From Candidatus Levyibacteriota bacterium (GTDB taxonomy: Bacteria > Patescibacteriota > Microgenomatia > Levybacterales > UBA12049), in the NCBI GenBank assembly GCA_049519175.1, contig JBEKQZ010000001.1, positions 173,311 to 222,042 of the forward strand: a DNA stretch of 48,732 nt, in the 5' to 3' direction. This document shows positions 26,576 through 34,934 of this stretch, piece by piece; positions within the stretch are counted from its first letter, which is position 1; every line of letters begins with the position of its first letter. The notes under the pieces are model-generated. The model saw only the letters and a list, made by a program, of their open reading frames with translations, was not told where the DNA came from and ran no database searches. A program made the position numbers and the translations under genes.

Positions 26576-27444
26576 TGCAACCTACAACTACTTCAACGTC
26601 AACTCAAACGATAAGCCCTAACTGGGGTAATCCAGATATTGTGGCTAAATTTAGAGCCGCTGCTATGCAGACTGGTGGGATTAGTCCTGAAAGATTGGAC
26701 CAATATATCCAATTTCAACAACAACAATATCAGCAACAAAATCAAAATACTATTACTGCCGTACAAGGACAAAATCAGGGAGGAGCTATTACACCTAATC
26801 AGGCTAGTACTAACCCTCAAGGAGCTTTAAATTTTCTAAATTCAGGTGGAACTCTTTTGAAAACTGGTCCCGATGCTCAAGCTCAGATAATTAATGATTC
26901 AAAAAACCTCTTCCAGAAAAATGTGGGGACAAATGGTTATGTAAGTCCTCAATTATATAACTCTCAAAAAGCAGATTATGTGGCTGCTGAGGGGAATGCT
27001 GCTAATTTTGATACTGCATTCCAAGATAACTATGTGAATCCCGATAATGTCTTATATGATACTCCAGGAAATAAAACAATCCGAGGAGCTTTGCCTATTG
27101 TAAAAAATGTCCTCGACTCATATCATAATTTAAGTATAACAGGTCCAATAGTACAAGATCTAGAAAACATACCAGTTGTAGGGAAATATATAGCGAATAG
27201 CAAACTCCTAGCGGCTCAATCCGCACATGATGCTTTTTTAAGCGGGCAGGCGTTAAAAATTAAATCATTAGTTCAACAGGGAGCTTCCCAGGGTTTTAGA
27301 AATATGGCTGTCTTGGACAACATCACCTCTATGCTTCCTTCAGCGGAAGACAGTAGTGATCTAGCAAATCAAAAAATGGATAAATTAAATACTTATATGG
27401 AAACCAATATGGGAATTGGTTTAAAAACTTTATATGGCAAATAG
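26575..27444 (+). CDS. hypothetical Q/N-rich protein (289 aa)
   Basis: Track ORF. A strong GGAGG SD lies 9 nt upstream, which is unusual for this window. No motifs recognised. Confidence 0.75.
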   Translation: MQPTTTSTSTQTISPNWGNPDIVAKFRAAAMQTGGISPERLDQYIQFQQQQYQQQNQNTITAVQGQNQGGAITPNQASTNPQGALNFLNSGGTLLKTGPDAQAQIINDSKNLFQKNVGTNGYVSPQLYNSQKADYVAAEGNAANFDTAFQDNYVNPDNVLYDTPGNKTIRGALPIVKNVLDSYHNLSITGPIVQDLENIPVVGKYIANSKLLAAQSAHDAFLSGQALKIKSLVQQGASQGFRNMAVLDNITSMLPSAEDSSDLANQKMDKLNTYMETNMGIGLKTLYGK

Positions 27445-28498
27445 TACTAATTGGGATCAAGAATTATATGGGAATTCAAGCAACCCGACAGGACAATCCT
27501 CCAGTGGTGGAGGGTTTTTAAGTAGCATTCTAAATGCTGTGGCAGGTCCTGTAATGAATGCGATTAAGAATCAACAAACTCAAGTCTCACAGTTACCAAA
27601 TGCACAAGGCAATCTACCTCAAGCTGTATCAAACGCAGCTAGTGCCACTGGGGATTTATTTAAAAATACTTTAGGTAATCCTCAAGTAGATGAATACGCT
27701 GGAGCTCTTGCTGCGGCACCAGCGATAGGGCCAGCAGCTGTAGGAGCTTTAGGACCAGTATTAGGTGGTGCAGCTACGGGTGGAGTGGCTGGCGAATTGG
27801 GAGGTATGTCTTCTGGACAATCTCCCGTAGGAGCTTTACCGATGGCAGCCGGAGGAGCTGTGACGGGTGGGGCGTTAGGTGCAGTTTCTAAGGTTTTACC
27901 TTTTCTAACCCAAAGTACAATTAATAATAAATATTCCCAAGTAATGCAAGATGCTGCCAGTGCAGGTAAAACAGCTAATTGGGAAAGCGATATTCAGAAA
28001 CCTATTTTGAATGATTTAGAAAAGAACTATAAATATGATCCTCGATTCGTAAAAGAAGTCAAAGGAGTATTAAATTCCCGAACTCCGGCTGCAACTATGG
28101 TAGAAACTCCTTATTCTGGACAAGCAAGCGCTGGTGAAACTGTCGAAACTCCCCAATTACAGGGAGCAGAACTTACTCCTCAAGATTTACATACTTTTAG
28201 AATGAGTTTAGACAATTCAATCCCACAAAACGCTTGGGGGAATCCAAATGTGAGGGATTTAGGGATTAAAGCTAATCAATATGTGAGGGGACAAGTTAGT
28301 GCAACCTTACATAGTTTAGTTCCTGAAACTAAGAATTTGGATAAAGTTAATAGTCTATATTATAATCCTTTCTTTAAAGGAATAAATCTAGGAGGACTTA
28401 ACTTAAAATATCCAGCAAGTATGACTGGTTTTCCTTCAGCAGCAGCTAATGTAATAGGGGGAGATTTATTATTGAAAAAGATAGGAGTCTTACGTTAG
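27434..28498 (+). CDS. hypothetical protein (354 aa) with a Gly/Ala-rich hydrophobic segment
   Basis: Track ORF overlapping the previous gene by 11 nt. The central AAAPAIGPAAVGALGPVLGGAATGGVAGELGG...AAGGAVTGGALGAV looks like a glycine zipper. Confidence 0.75.
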   Translation: MANSTNWDQELYGNSSNPTGQSSSGGGFLSSILNAVAGPVMNAIKNQQTQVSQLPNAQGNLPQAVSNAASATGDLFKNTLGNPQVDEYAGALAAAPAIGPAAVGALGPVLGGAATGGVAGELGGMSSGQSPVGALPMAAGGAVTGGALGAVSKVLPFLTQSTINNKYSQVMQDAASAGKTANWESDIQKPILNDLEKNYKYDPRFVKEVKGVLNSRTPAATMVETPYSGQASAGETVETPQLQGAELTPQDLHTFRMSLDNSIPQNAWGNPNVRDLGIKANQYVRGQVSATLHSLVPETKNLDKVNSLYYNPFFKGINLGGLNLKYPASMTGFPSAAANVIGGDLLLKKIGVLR

Positions 28499-28645
28499 CG
28501 CAGGTTTTTCGGGGCGTAGAGATAGAGAGACTATCATAAGAATTATAGAAAACAAACCAAGTAATGTACCGACTGGGGGATAAGAAATAAAAACTATGGC
28601 ACAAATAAAGAAAAATACAGCAAGAATATTCAATAAAGTTTTCAT
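28490..28645 (-). CDS. candidate 51-aa two-TM membrane peptide (holin-sized)
   Basis: Too short for the ORF track. Hand translation: MKTLLNILAVFFFICAIVFISYPPVGTLLGLFSIILMIVSLSLRPEKPALT*. TATAAT (28652-28657, minus) lies 6 nt before the ATG. Preferred over the overlapping track ORF 28446..28649, which looks non-protein-like. Confidence 0.45.
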   Translation of the reverse strand: MKTLLNILAVFFFICAIVFISYPPVGTLLGLFSIILMIVSLSLRPEKPALT

Positions 28646-28664
28646 ACATACATTATAGCATATT

Positions 28665-28787
28665 ATGGCAAAGATAGATAAATTTGAAGGGGAAACGTCA
28701 CAATCTTTAACAGATATTCGTTGTGATATTAAAGAAATTAAAGACTTTATGAGCTCTCAAGATAGAAGATTATCTTCTTGGGCATAA
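28665..28787 (+). CDS. candidate 40-aa ORF
   Basis: MAKIDKFEGETSQSLTDIRCDIKEIKDFMSSQDRRLSSWA*, with TATAGC 5 nt upstream. Weak evidence. Confidence 0.25.
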   Translation: MAKIDKFEGETSQSLTDIRCDIKEIKDFMSSQDRRLSSWA

Positions 28788-28888
28788 GCTTTTTGGGGTA
28801 AAATAACTAAGTAAGGAGAAAACGATTGAGCGATTATCGCAACAAGAGCAATTGCTGTCAGGATTTTCTTACCTAATGCCCATTTCAT
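28757..28888 (-). pseudogene. orphan signal-peptide ORF (displaced 5' end of the surface-protein gene?)
   Basis: MKWALGKKILTAIALVAIIAQSFSPYLVILPQKAYAQEDNLLS*. Promoter: TTGCAT (28936-28941, minus), 17-nt spacer, TATTAT (28913-28918, minus). The AYAQE end mirrors SFAQE of the 692-aa paralog. Confidence 0.5.
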
Positions 28889-29022
28889 CTTTTATTCAGT
28901 GAATCTTCAGCGATAATAACACTGTATATTTTAAAATGCAATGTCCTATAGCATAATGATATTAAACAACGGATTCTTCTATATAATAATAGCAGCGGCA
29001 AGCTCATTTCGGACCTTGAATA

Positions 29023-30291
29023 CTAGAGGAAATTGAAGATGTTGGGAAAGAAAAGTGAGAGCATATAGAAAGTTGACGCGGCCGCAATTGCCACCAAAGT
29101 AATGATCACGACGATATTAACCAATTTGTTATTAGCGTATTCTCCCAGCAGTTTTTTGTCATTGGAAAGAATAAACAGGAAAATAAAGACCGGGATAAGC
29201 AGCACCGCGTTAATTGCCTGAGTAACGACCAAGATGGTTATTAACGGTAAGAAAGGTAACATAACAATGGTTCCGCCGAGAATCAAAAGTAATAAAAATA
29301 TACCATAGAATTGGGGAGCTTCTTTGTATTTAAAGTTTAATCCCGACTCCATGCCAAACGCTTCGGTCATAACATAGGCTGTAGTCACCGGAACAATGGC
29401 CGCGCCAAAAAGCGAAGCGTTTAAAAAACCAAAAGCAAAAAGACCGGCCGCAAATTCTCCGGCTAAAGGTTTTAAAGCCAGGGCGGCCTGAGCCGCGTCG
29501 GTAATCCTAATACCTTTAGTAAACAGCGTGGCGGCGCAAGCAACGATGATAAAAAAGGAAATAAAATTGGTGAAAAAGCTGCCAACAAAAACGTCGCCTC
29601 TTTCGATTTTTAAGTCCTCTTTAGACAGCTTTTTATCCACAATATAGTCTTGGATAAAGAATTGTCCCCAAGGAGTAATGGTGGTGCCGATCACTGCCAT
29701 CAGCATTAAAACGTAAGCCCCGCTTAAGTTAATTCCGGAAGGAATGACCAAACTTTTCAGAGCCGAACCAAAATCCGGGTGAGCCAGTATCGCCGAGATG
29801 ATATAGCAAAGGTAGAAAACAGACATTAAAAGAAATAGCCGTTCAAGTTTTTTAAAGTTGCCTTTGGTGACGAATAAGAAGACGAAAGTAATGGCTGCCG
29901 GAACGGCAATGAATTTTGAAATATGAAAAATACTTAAAGCTGCCGCCACTCCGGCAAACTCCGCCGAAATAGTGCCGATGTTTGAGATAAAAAGACAAAT
30001 CATGACAAAAGTGGTCCAGCGGATACCAAACTTTTCCCTAATTAATGAGGCCAGGCCTTTGCCGGTCACTAGTCCCATTCTGGCGCCGATTTCTTGAGTG
30101 ATGGCTAAGGCGAAGGTGGTTAAAAGTAAAACCCATAACAGCGAATGTCCAAAATTTGCTCCCGCCACGGAATAAGTAGTGATGCCACCGGCGTCGTTGT
30201 CGGCGTTGCCCGCAATAATCCCCGGTCCGATAATCGCCAGGATCGGAATTAAAAATAAAAGCCTTCTTCTTAGCGGTTTAAATAATTTCAT
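29023..30291 (-). CDS. NRAMP/SLC11-related divalent-cation transporter with non-canonical (Mg-type) binding-site residues
   Basis: 422 aa with about 11 TM helices. TM1 GPGIIAGNADNDAGGITTYSVAG aligns to the canonical GPG....DPGN.....AG, so DPGN becomes DAGG. TM6 AVIGTTITPWG aligns to the canonical A.IG..VMPHN, so Met becomes Thr and His becomes Trp. Confidence 0.8.
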   Translation of the reverse strand: MKLFKPLRRRLLFLIPILAIIGPGIIAGNADNDAGGITTYSVAGANFGHSLLWVLLLTTFALAITQEIGARMGLVTGKGLASLIREKFGIRWTTFVMICLFISNIGTISAEFAGVAAALSIFHISKFIAVPAAITFVFLFVTKGNFKKLERLFLLMSVFYLCYIISAILAHPDFGSALKSLVIPSGINLSGAYVLMLMAVIGTTITPWGQFFIQDYIVDKKLSKEDLKIERGDVFVGSFFTNFISFFIIVACAATLFTKGIRITDAAQAALALKPLAGEFAAGLFAFGFLNASLFGAAIVPVTTAYVMTEAFGMESGLNFKYKEAPQFYGIFLLLLILGGTIVMLPFLPLITILVVTQAINAVLLIPVFIFLFILSNDKKLLGEYANNKLVNIVVIITLVAIAAASTFYMLSLFFPNIFNFL

Positions 30292-31465
30292 CGGTTTTGG
30301 TTTTTTCCTCTATTTTTGCCAATACGACACCGGTGGAAATAACGCCGATCGGTACTTTATTTTTATCAACCACCGGCAAAAGCCGTAAGTTATATCTGCC
30401 AAACAAACTAATGACCTGATTAAAATCAACCTCCGGATAGACAAATTTTCGCTCCGTCACCAAGTCTTTTAAAAGCGCCAACGAATCGCAATCAATAATG
30501 TCTTTGGTATAGACAACACCGACCAGTTTTTGGTCGCCGTTAGTAACCACAATGCCTTCCGGTTTTGTCGGTGCTTTATACAAAACGCCAAACACCTCTT
30601 TAATCGTCATCCCGCCGTCAAGACCGACAAAAGTGGTACGCATTACGCCGCCCGCTTGGTCTTCGCTAAAATCAAGTAGTCGTTCGACTTTTTGCGCACT
30701 CTCTGTCCCAACCAGGTTTAAAATTTCCCTGATTCTTAAAGGATTTAACCCATAAAAAAGATTGGCAATTTTGGTAATATGCATTTTATTGACGATTTTT
30801 CCCAACACCGAACTGGATAATTCTTCCAAAATGGCGTCTCTGGTGTGAAAATCGACTTCTTCAATGGCCATGGCCGCTTTTCTTGCCTCCAAGCTCTCCA
30901 CCACGCCACGCCTTTCTTTTGAGCCTAAATCTTCCAAAATATCGGCCAACTCGCTCGGATGCATCGCGTCTAATCTATTTTGCGTTAGGCTTATTTTGAC
31001 GTTGCCGGTTTGGTAGTCAAAAGCCTCAATCATTTGCCAAGGGATAATTTTTGGTTCAACGCGGAAAATCCGGGATAGTCCCAACCGTCTTAAAATTCCG
31101 GCAGCGCCAATATCAATTCCAACCACTTTTAGCTCGCCGTTACTTTCCAAAACAATGTCATTGACCCGGACCAATCTTTTGTCGTCAATATCAATTACTT
31201 GTTTATCCAACAAGTCTTCATTTAAATAAAAATCCCTTTCATCGAAAGGGAGTAGTGGAGCTTTGGCGTCGGTTAACATCGCGCCGTTTCGCTTAATGGA
31301 GAGAAAGGATGGGGAAATGGTCAGTTTGGTGCCGTCTTTTTTCAAAACGACTTTGAAAACAGAAGGATTGGGCGTGCTTTCCAAAACGGCAAAATCCACC
31401 ATCTCGCCGAATAGTTTATGTTCATAATAAACTTTTTTGTTTAATAATTGACTTAGATAAATCAT
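30278..31465 (-). CDS. soluble PRC-barrel + MgtE-N + CBS-pair protein (MgtE cytoplasmic module without the channel domain)
   Basis: Two PRC-barrel-like segments (LLNKKVYYEHKLFGEMVDFAV; LLDKQVIDIDDKRLVRVNDIVLE). MgtE_N-like PSELADILEDLGSKERRGVVESL. C-terminal CBS pair. No TM helices. The 3' end overlaps the NRAMP-like gene start by 14 nt. Confidence 0.8.
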   Translation of the reverse strand: MIYLSQLLNKKVYYEHKLFGEMVDFAVLESTPNPSVFKVVLKKDGTKLTISPSFLSIKRNGAMLTDAKAPLLPFDERDFYLNEDLLDKQVIDIDDKRLVRVNDIVLESNGELKVVGIDIGAAGILRRLGLSRIFRVEPKIIPWQMIEAFDYQTGNVKISLTQNRLDAMHPSELADILEDLGSKERRGVVESLEARKAAMAIEEVDFHTRDAILEELSSSVLGKIVNKMHITKIANLFYGLNPLRIREILNLVGTESAQKVERLLDFSEDQAGGVMRTTFVGLDGGMTIKEVFGVLYKAPTKPEGIVVTNGDQKLVGVVYTKDIIDCDSLALLKDLVTERKFVYPEVDFNQVISLFGRYNLRLLPVVDKNKVPIGVISTGVVLAKIEEKTKTDEII

Positions 31466-31595
31466 TGATATTGTAATTGTAGTTTCGTTTTGTCAAAAGT
31501 GTCAACCCCGCAAAATGCTGTTCAAAACGGATAAACCGGACGAAGCGCGCCAGCTATTATACTTTAAGTTGGTTAATTTTTGCTATAATCAATTC

Positions 31596-32342
31596 ATGTT
31601 AATTAAGACCAAAAGTTTTACGCTCGCTATTAATTCGAAAGGCGATCCAAACTCCGCAAAATTAGCCCTAGTACTTCCCGGTAAGTTAGACACCAAAGAT
31701 TATGCTCATATGATAAGTCATGTTGATTACCTCTCAAAACTTGGCTATTTCGCTGTATCATTTGATCCGTCGGGAACCTGGGAAAGCCCGGGCGACATTT
31801 CGCTTTATAACATGACCAATTACGCAAAAGCGATAGACGAATTAATTGAATATTATGGCAATAAGCAAACTTTCGTAATGGGGCATAGTAGGGGTGCGAC
31901 TATGGCAACTATTTCCGGCGTCAGAAATCCATACGCCACAGCCTTTGCTGCCATAATGTCTACCTTCAGAAAAGGAGGGTTTAATGAAAAAGTTGATTCC
32001 CAATGGAAAGAGAGTGGTTTTTGGACTTCAACGAGGGATTTACCGCCTGGCGGTGGTCCGAAAGAAAAAGAGTTTAATCTCCCATACAGTTTTTTCGAAG
32101 ATCAAATGCAATATAATTTAACAGATGATTTGACTAGTTCGACAAAGCCAAAGCTGTTTATATATGGTACTGAAGATGATATGGCGACGCCACAAATTGT
32201 CAGAGAAACTTATGAGAAGTTTTCAAAGCCAAAAGAGCTTTACGAATTAAAGTCAGACCACGATTACCGACTACATCCTGAGCTTATTGAAGAAGTTAAT
32301 AAAGTTATAGAAGATTTTCTCCGTAAATATAAGCAAGTTTAA
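31596..32342 (+). CDS. alpha/beta hydrolase
   Basis: Nucleophile elbow GHSRGA, a late D...H (SDHDY), about 248 aa. Start set to ATG 31596, 6 nt after TGCTATAAT (31581-31589); the track start 31515 lies upstream of that box. Confidence 0.8.
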   Translation: MLIKTKSFTLAINSKGDPNSAKLALVLPGKLDTKDYAHMISHVDYLSKLGYFAVSFDPSGTWESPGDISLYNMTNYAKAIDELIEYYGNKQTFVMGHSRGATMATISGVRNPYATAFAAIMSTFRKGGFNEKVDSQWKESGFWTSTRDLPPGGGPKEKEFNLPYSFFEDQMQYNLTDDLTSSTKPKLFIYGTEDDMATPQIVRETYEKFSKPKELYELKSDHDYRLHPELIEEVNKVIEDFLRKYKQV

Positions 32343-32371
32343 TTGCGTAATCGGATTTGTAATCTGTCCTC

Positions 32372-32405
32372 TTGACAGCTAGCAACTGGTGTGATAGAGT
32401 GCTAA
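32372..32405 (+). promoter_or_regulatory. lon promoter with an overlapping CIRCE-like element
   Basis: TTGACA (32372-32377), 17-nt spacer, TAGAGT (32395-32400). CTAGCAACT-N9-GAGTGCTAA (32379-32405): the right arm is a perfect CIRCE half-site, the left arm matches 5/9. Confidence 0.5.
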
Positions 32406-32421
32406 TACACTCAAATTAGCT

Positions 32422-34785
32422 ATGGAAAAAATAGTTCCAATCATACCAATCAGAGACGGGATAATTTTCCCCAACACCGACTCGGTTTTAACCTTCGGCC
32501 GGCCAAAAAGTTTGGCCGCTTTGGAGTCGTCTTTTAGTCAGGAAAGAATTGTTGGTTTTGTTCTGCAGAAGAATGGAAAACTTAACGAGCCGTCTCCAAC
32601 TGATCTCTATACCATTGGCACCTTATCGCATATCGAAAGAATGATTAAAAGTGATGGCGAGATTAACGCGCAAATTAAAGGATTATCCAGAGTTAGAATC
32701 ATCGAATATGTCTACGGATCGCCGTATTTAATGGCTAAAGTCAAAGAATTGGAAGAAAAAGTAGCGGATACGCCGGAAATAAAAGCTTTAACCAACCACT
32801 TAGTCGGCGAGTTCAAACGGGCGATAAATTTAGGTAAGTTTGTCGACTTTTTGGTGTTTATGAACGTAATGTCGGAAAATTCTCCTTCACAGTTGGCGGA
32901 TTTGGTGGCTTCGGTATTGGAATTAAAACCCGGTGAAAGGCAAGCGCTGTTGGAAGAATTGGATGTTAGAAAGCGCCTGGAAAAAGTCATCGAACTTCTA
33001 AGCCGCGAAATCAAAATATTGGAGCTGGAAAAGAAAATTGCTTCCAAAACGCAGGAGCGGTTTGAAAAAGGCGCCCGGGAAGTAATGCTTAGGGAAAGAC
33101 TCAAGACGATTGAAAAAGAACTCGGGGAAACTGATGAAGACAGCGAAACCAAAGAGCTAATGGATAAACTGCGAAAAGCGAAAATGCCCCCAGAGATTGA
33201 AGAAAAAGCCAAAAAAGAAATTACCAAACTATCGCAAATGAACCAGTTTAATCCGGAAGCCGGCTACATCAGGAATTATTTGGATTGGCTATTGGACCTT
33301 CCTTGGAGTATTGAAAGTAAAAGTACTATCGATATCAAACAGGCGGAGAAGATTTTGGACGAAGACCATTTCGGTCTGGAAAAAGCTAAAGAGAGAATCA
33401 CCGAATATTTGGCGGTGCATAAATTAGCCGGTAAAATGAAAGGTCCGATACTTTGTTTTGTCGGTCCGCCCGGCGTTGGTAAAACTTCCATCGGTAAGTC
33501 AATCGCCCGCTCTTTGGGCCGAAAATTCGTTAAAGTTTCTTTAGGCGGCATTCGCGATGAAGCCGAAATTAGAGGTCACCGGCGCACTTACGTCGGCGCA
33601 CTGCCCGGTAGAATCATTCAGGGGATTAAAGACGCCGGCACGAGGAATCCGGTCTTTATGCTGGATGAAATTGACAAAGTCGGAACCGACTTTCGTGGCG
33701 ATCCATCCTCGGCGCTGTTGGAAGCTTTGGACCCTGAACAAAATAATGCTTTCTCCGACCATTACTTGGAAGTTGCGTTTGATTTGTCTGACGTCATGTT
33801 TATTACCACCGCCAACGTTTTGGATACCATTCCGCCGGCTTTACGAGATAGACTGGAAGTGATTCACTTTGCCGGCTATACCCAACTGGAAAAATTTCGG
33901 ATCGCCAAGGATTTCCTCTTAAAAAAACAAATAGAGATGCATGGACTAAACTCTTTAAGAGTTGAGATATCGGATAATGCGATTAAATTTGTCATCGAGC
34001 ACTACACCAGAGAAGCCGGAGTCAGAACTTTGGAAAGAGAACTGGCCGCCATCCTTCGCAAGGTAGCCAAGCAAGTGGCGGAGGGTAAAAAAACCAAAGT
34101 CGTCGTCACCGAGAAGAACGTGACTAAATTCTTGGGGCCAATCAAAATTAATTCAACTTTAATCGAAAAAAAGGATGAGATTGGCATGTCAACCGGCATG
34201 GCCTGGACCGAAGCCGGGGGAGACATACTATTTATAGAAGTCGCTTTAATGCCCGGTAAAGGACAGCTAATTCTAACCGGACAGTTAGGCGACGTGATGA
34301 AAGAATCCTGCCAGGCGGCGATGAGCTACATCAGGGCCAGGGCCAGAGAGCTTGGTCTAAACGAAAAGTTTTATCAAAAAATTGACGTGCATGTCCATGT
34401 TCCGGAAGGCGCGGTGCCAAAAGACGGACCGTCGGCCGGAGTGGCAATTACGACTGCGTTGGTCTCGGCGCTCACCAAGATTCCGGTAAACAGGATGGTA
34501 TCAATGACCGGCGAAATCACTTTAAGAGGCAGGGTGCTGGAAATTGGTGGCGTCAAAGAAAAAGTCATCGCGGCGCACCGCGCCGGACTAAAAACTGTCA
34601 TTTTGCCCAAAGACAACAAGAAAGATTTGGAAGACGTACCAAAAGAAGTATTAAAAGATTTAAAGTTTATTTTCGTTTCCCACATGGATGAAGCCTTAGA
34701 AGTTGCCTTAACCAAACAAGTATCTCCGCAGACGGAAGTAAGGCATCAGGTTATTCATCCCAATCCTCCCGAACCAATCGATTAG
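32422..34785 (+). CDS. lon: ATP-dependent Lon protease
   Basis: LonA N-domain, AAA+ Walker A GPPGVGKTS, Walker B MLDEIDK, protease catalytic site PKDGPSAG. 787 aa. Confidence 0.97.
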   Translation: MEKIVPIIPIRDGIIFPNTDSVLTFGRPKSLAALESSFSQERIVGFVLQKNGKLNEPSPTDLYTIGTLSHIERMIKSDGEINAQIKGLSRVRIIEYVYGSPYLMAKVKELEEKVADTPEIKALTNHLVGEFKRAINLGKFVDFLVFMNVMSENSPSQLADLVASVLELKPGERQALLEELDVRKRLEKVIELLSREIKILELEKKIASKTQERFEKGAREVMLRERLKTIEKELGETDEDSETKELMDKLRKAKMPPEIEEKAKKEITKLSQMNQFNPEAGYIRNYLDWLLDLPWSIESKSTIDIKQAEKILDEDHFGLEKAKERITEYLAVHKLAGKMKGPILCFVGPPGVGKTSIGKSIARSLGRKFVKVSLGGIRDEAEIRGHRRTYVGALPGRIIQGIKDAGTRNPVFMLDEIDKVGTDFRGDPSSALLEALDPEQNNAFSDHYLEVAFDLSDVMFITTANVLDTIPPALRDRLEVIHFAGYTQLEKFRIAKDFLLKKQIEMHGLNSLRVEISDNAIKFVIEHYTREAGVRTLERELAAILRKVAKQVAEGKKTKVVVTEKNVTKFLGPIKINSTLIEKKDEIGMSTGMAWTEAGGDILFIEVALMPGKGQLILTGQLGDVMKESCQAAMSYIRARARELGLNEKFYQKIDVHVHVPEGAVPKDGPSAGVAITTALVSALTKIPVNRMVSMTGEITLRGRVLEIGGVKEKVIAAHRAGLKTVILPKDNKKDLEDVPKEVLKDLKFIFVSHMDEALEVALTKQVSPQTEVRHQVIHPNPPEPID

Positions 34786-34791
34786 TATTTT

Positions 34792-34804
34792 GAGTACCGC
34801 CAGC
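34792..34804 (-). repeat. left copy of the 13-bp direct repeat GAGTACCGCCAGC (att-like)
   Basis: Identical to 35930-35942. It continues into a decayed T-arm-like sequence (minus strand GCGGTTCAAAATAAGAATCGCTGGCGGTACTC). Confidence 0.6.
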
Positions 34805-34934
34805 GATTCTTATTTTGAACCGCTGTTAGCCCATTTTAATAAACTCATGGAAGTATATCGGGGCTTTGAGAAAGATGAGTAAGTATGGCGGTGCCGCACA
34901 ACTCAAGATATGCGATTCTAACCCATAAATAGTT

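Larger units (their letters stand above)
26452..28774. other. putative inserted foreign segment (prophage-like remnant) interrupting the surface-protein gene
   Basis: Bounded by CTTCGGG (26451-26457) and CTTCTTGGG (28774-28782). Removing these 2,323 nt fuses the orphan signal peptide to the PT linker in frame. Confidence 0.5.

Noticed and set aside
28446-28649. Track ORF of 67 aa (minus strand)
   Set aside because: The Cys/Tyr/Phe-rich sequence is not protein-like. A different frame in the same interval (28490..28645) gives a clean two-TM peptide with a properly spaced -10 box.
32712-34715. Several 70-170-aa ORFs inside lon on the minus or other frames
   Set aside because: All are embedded in the well-supported lon reading frame and have S/L-rich shadow-type composition.
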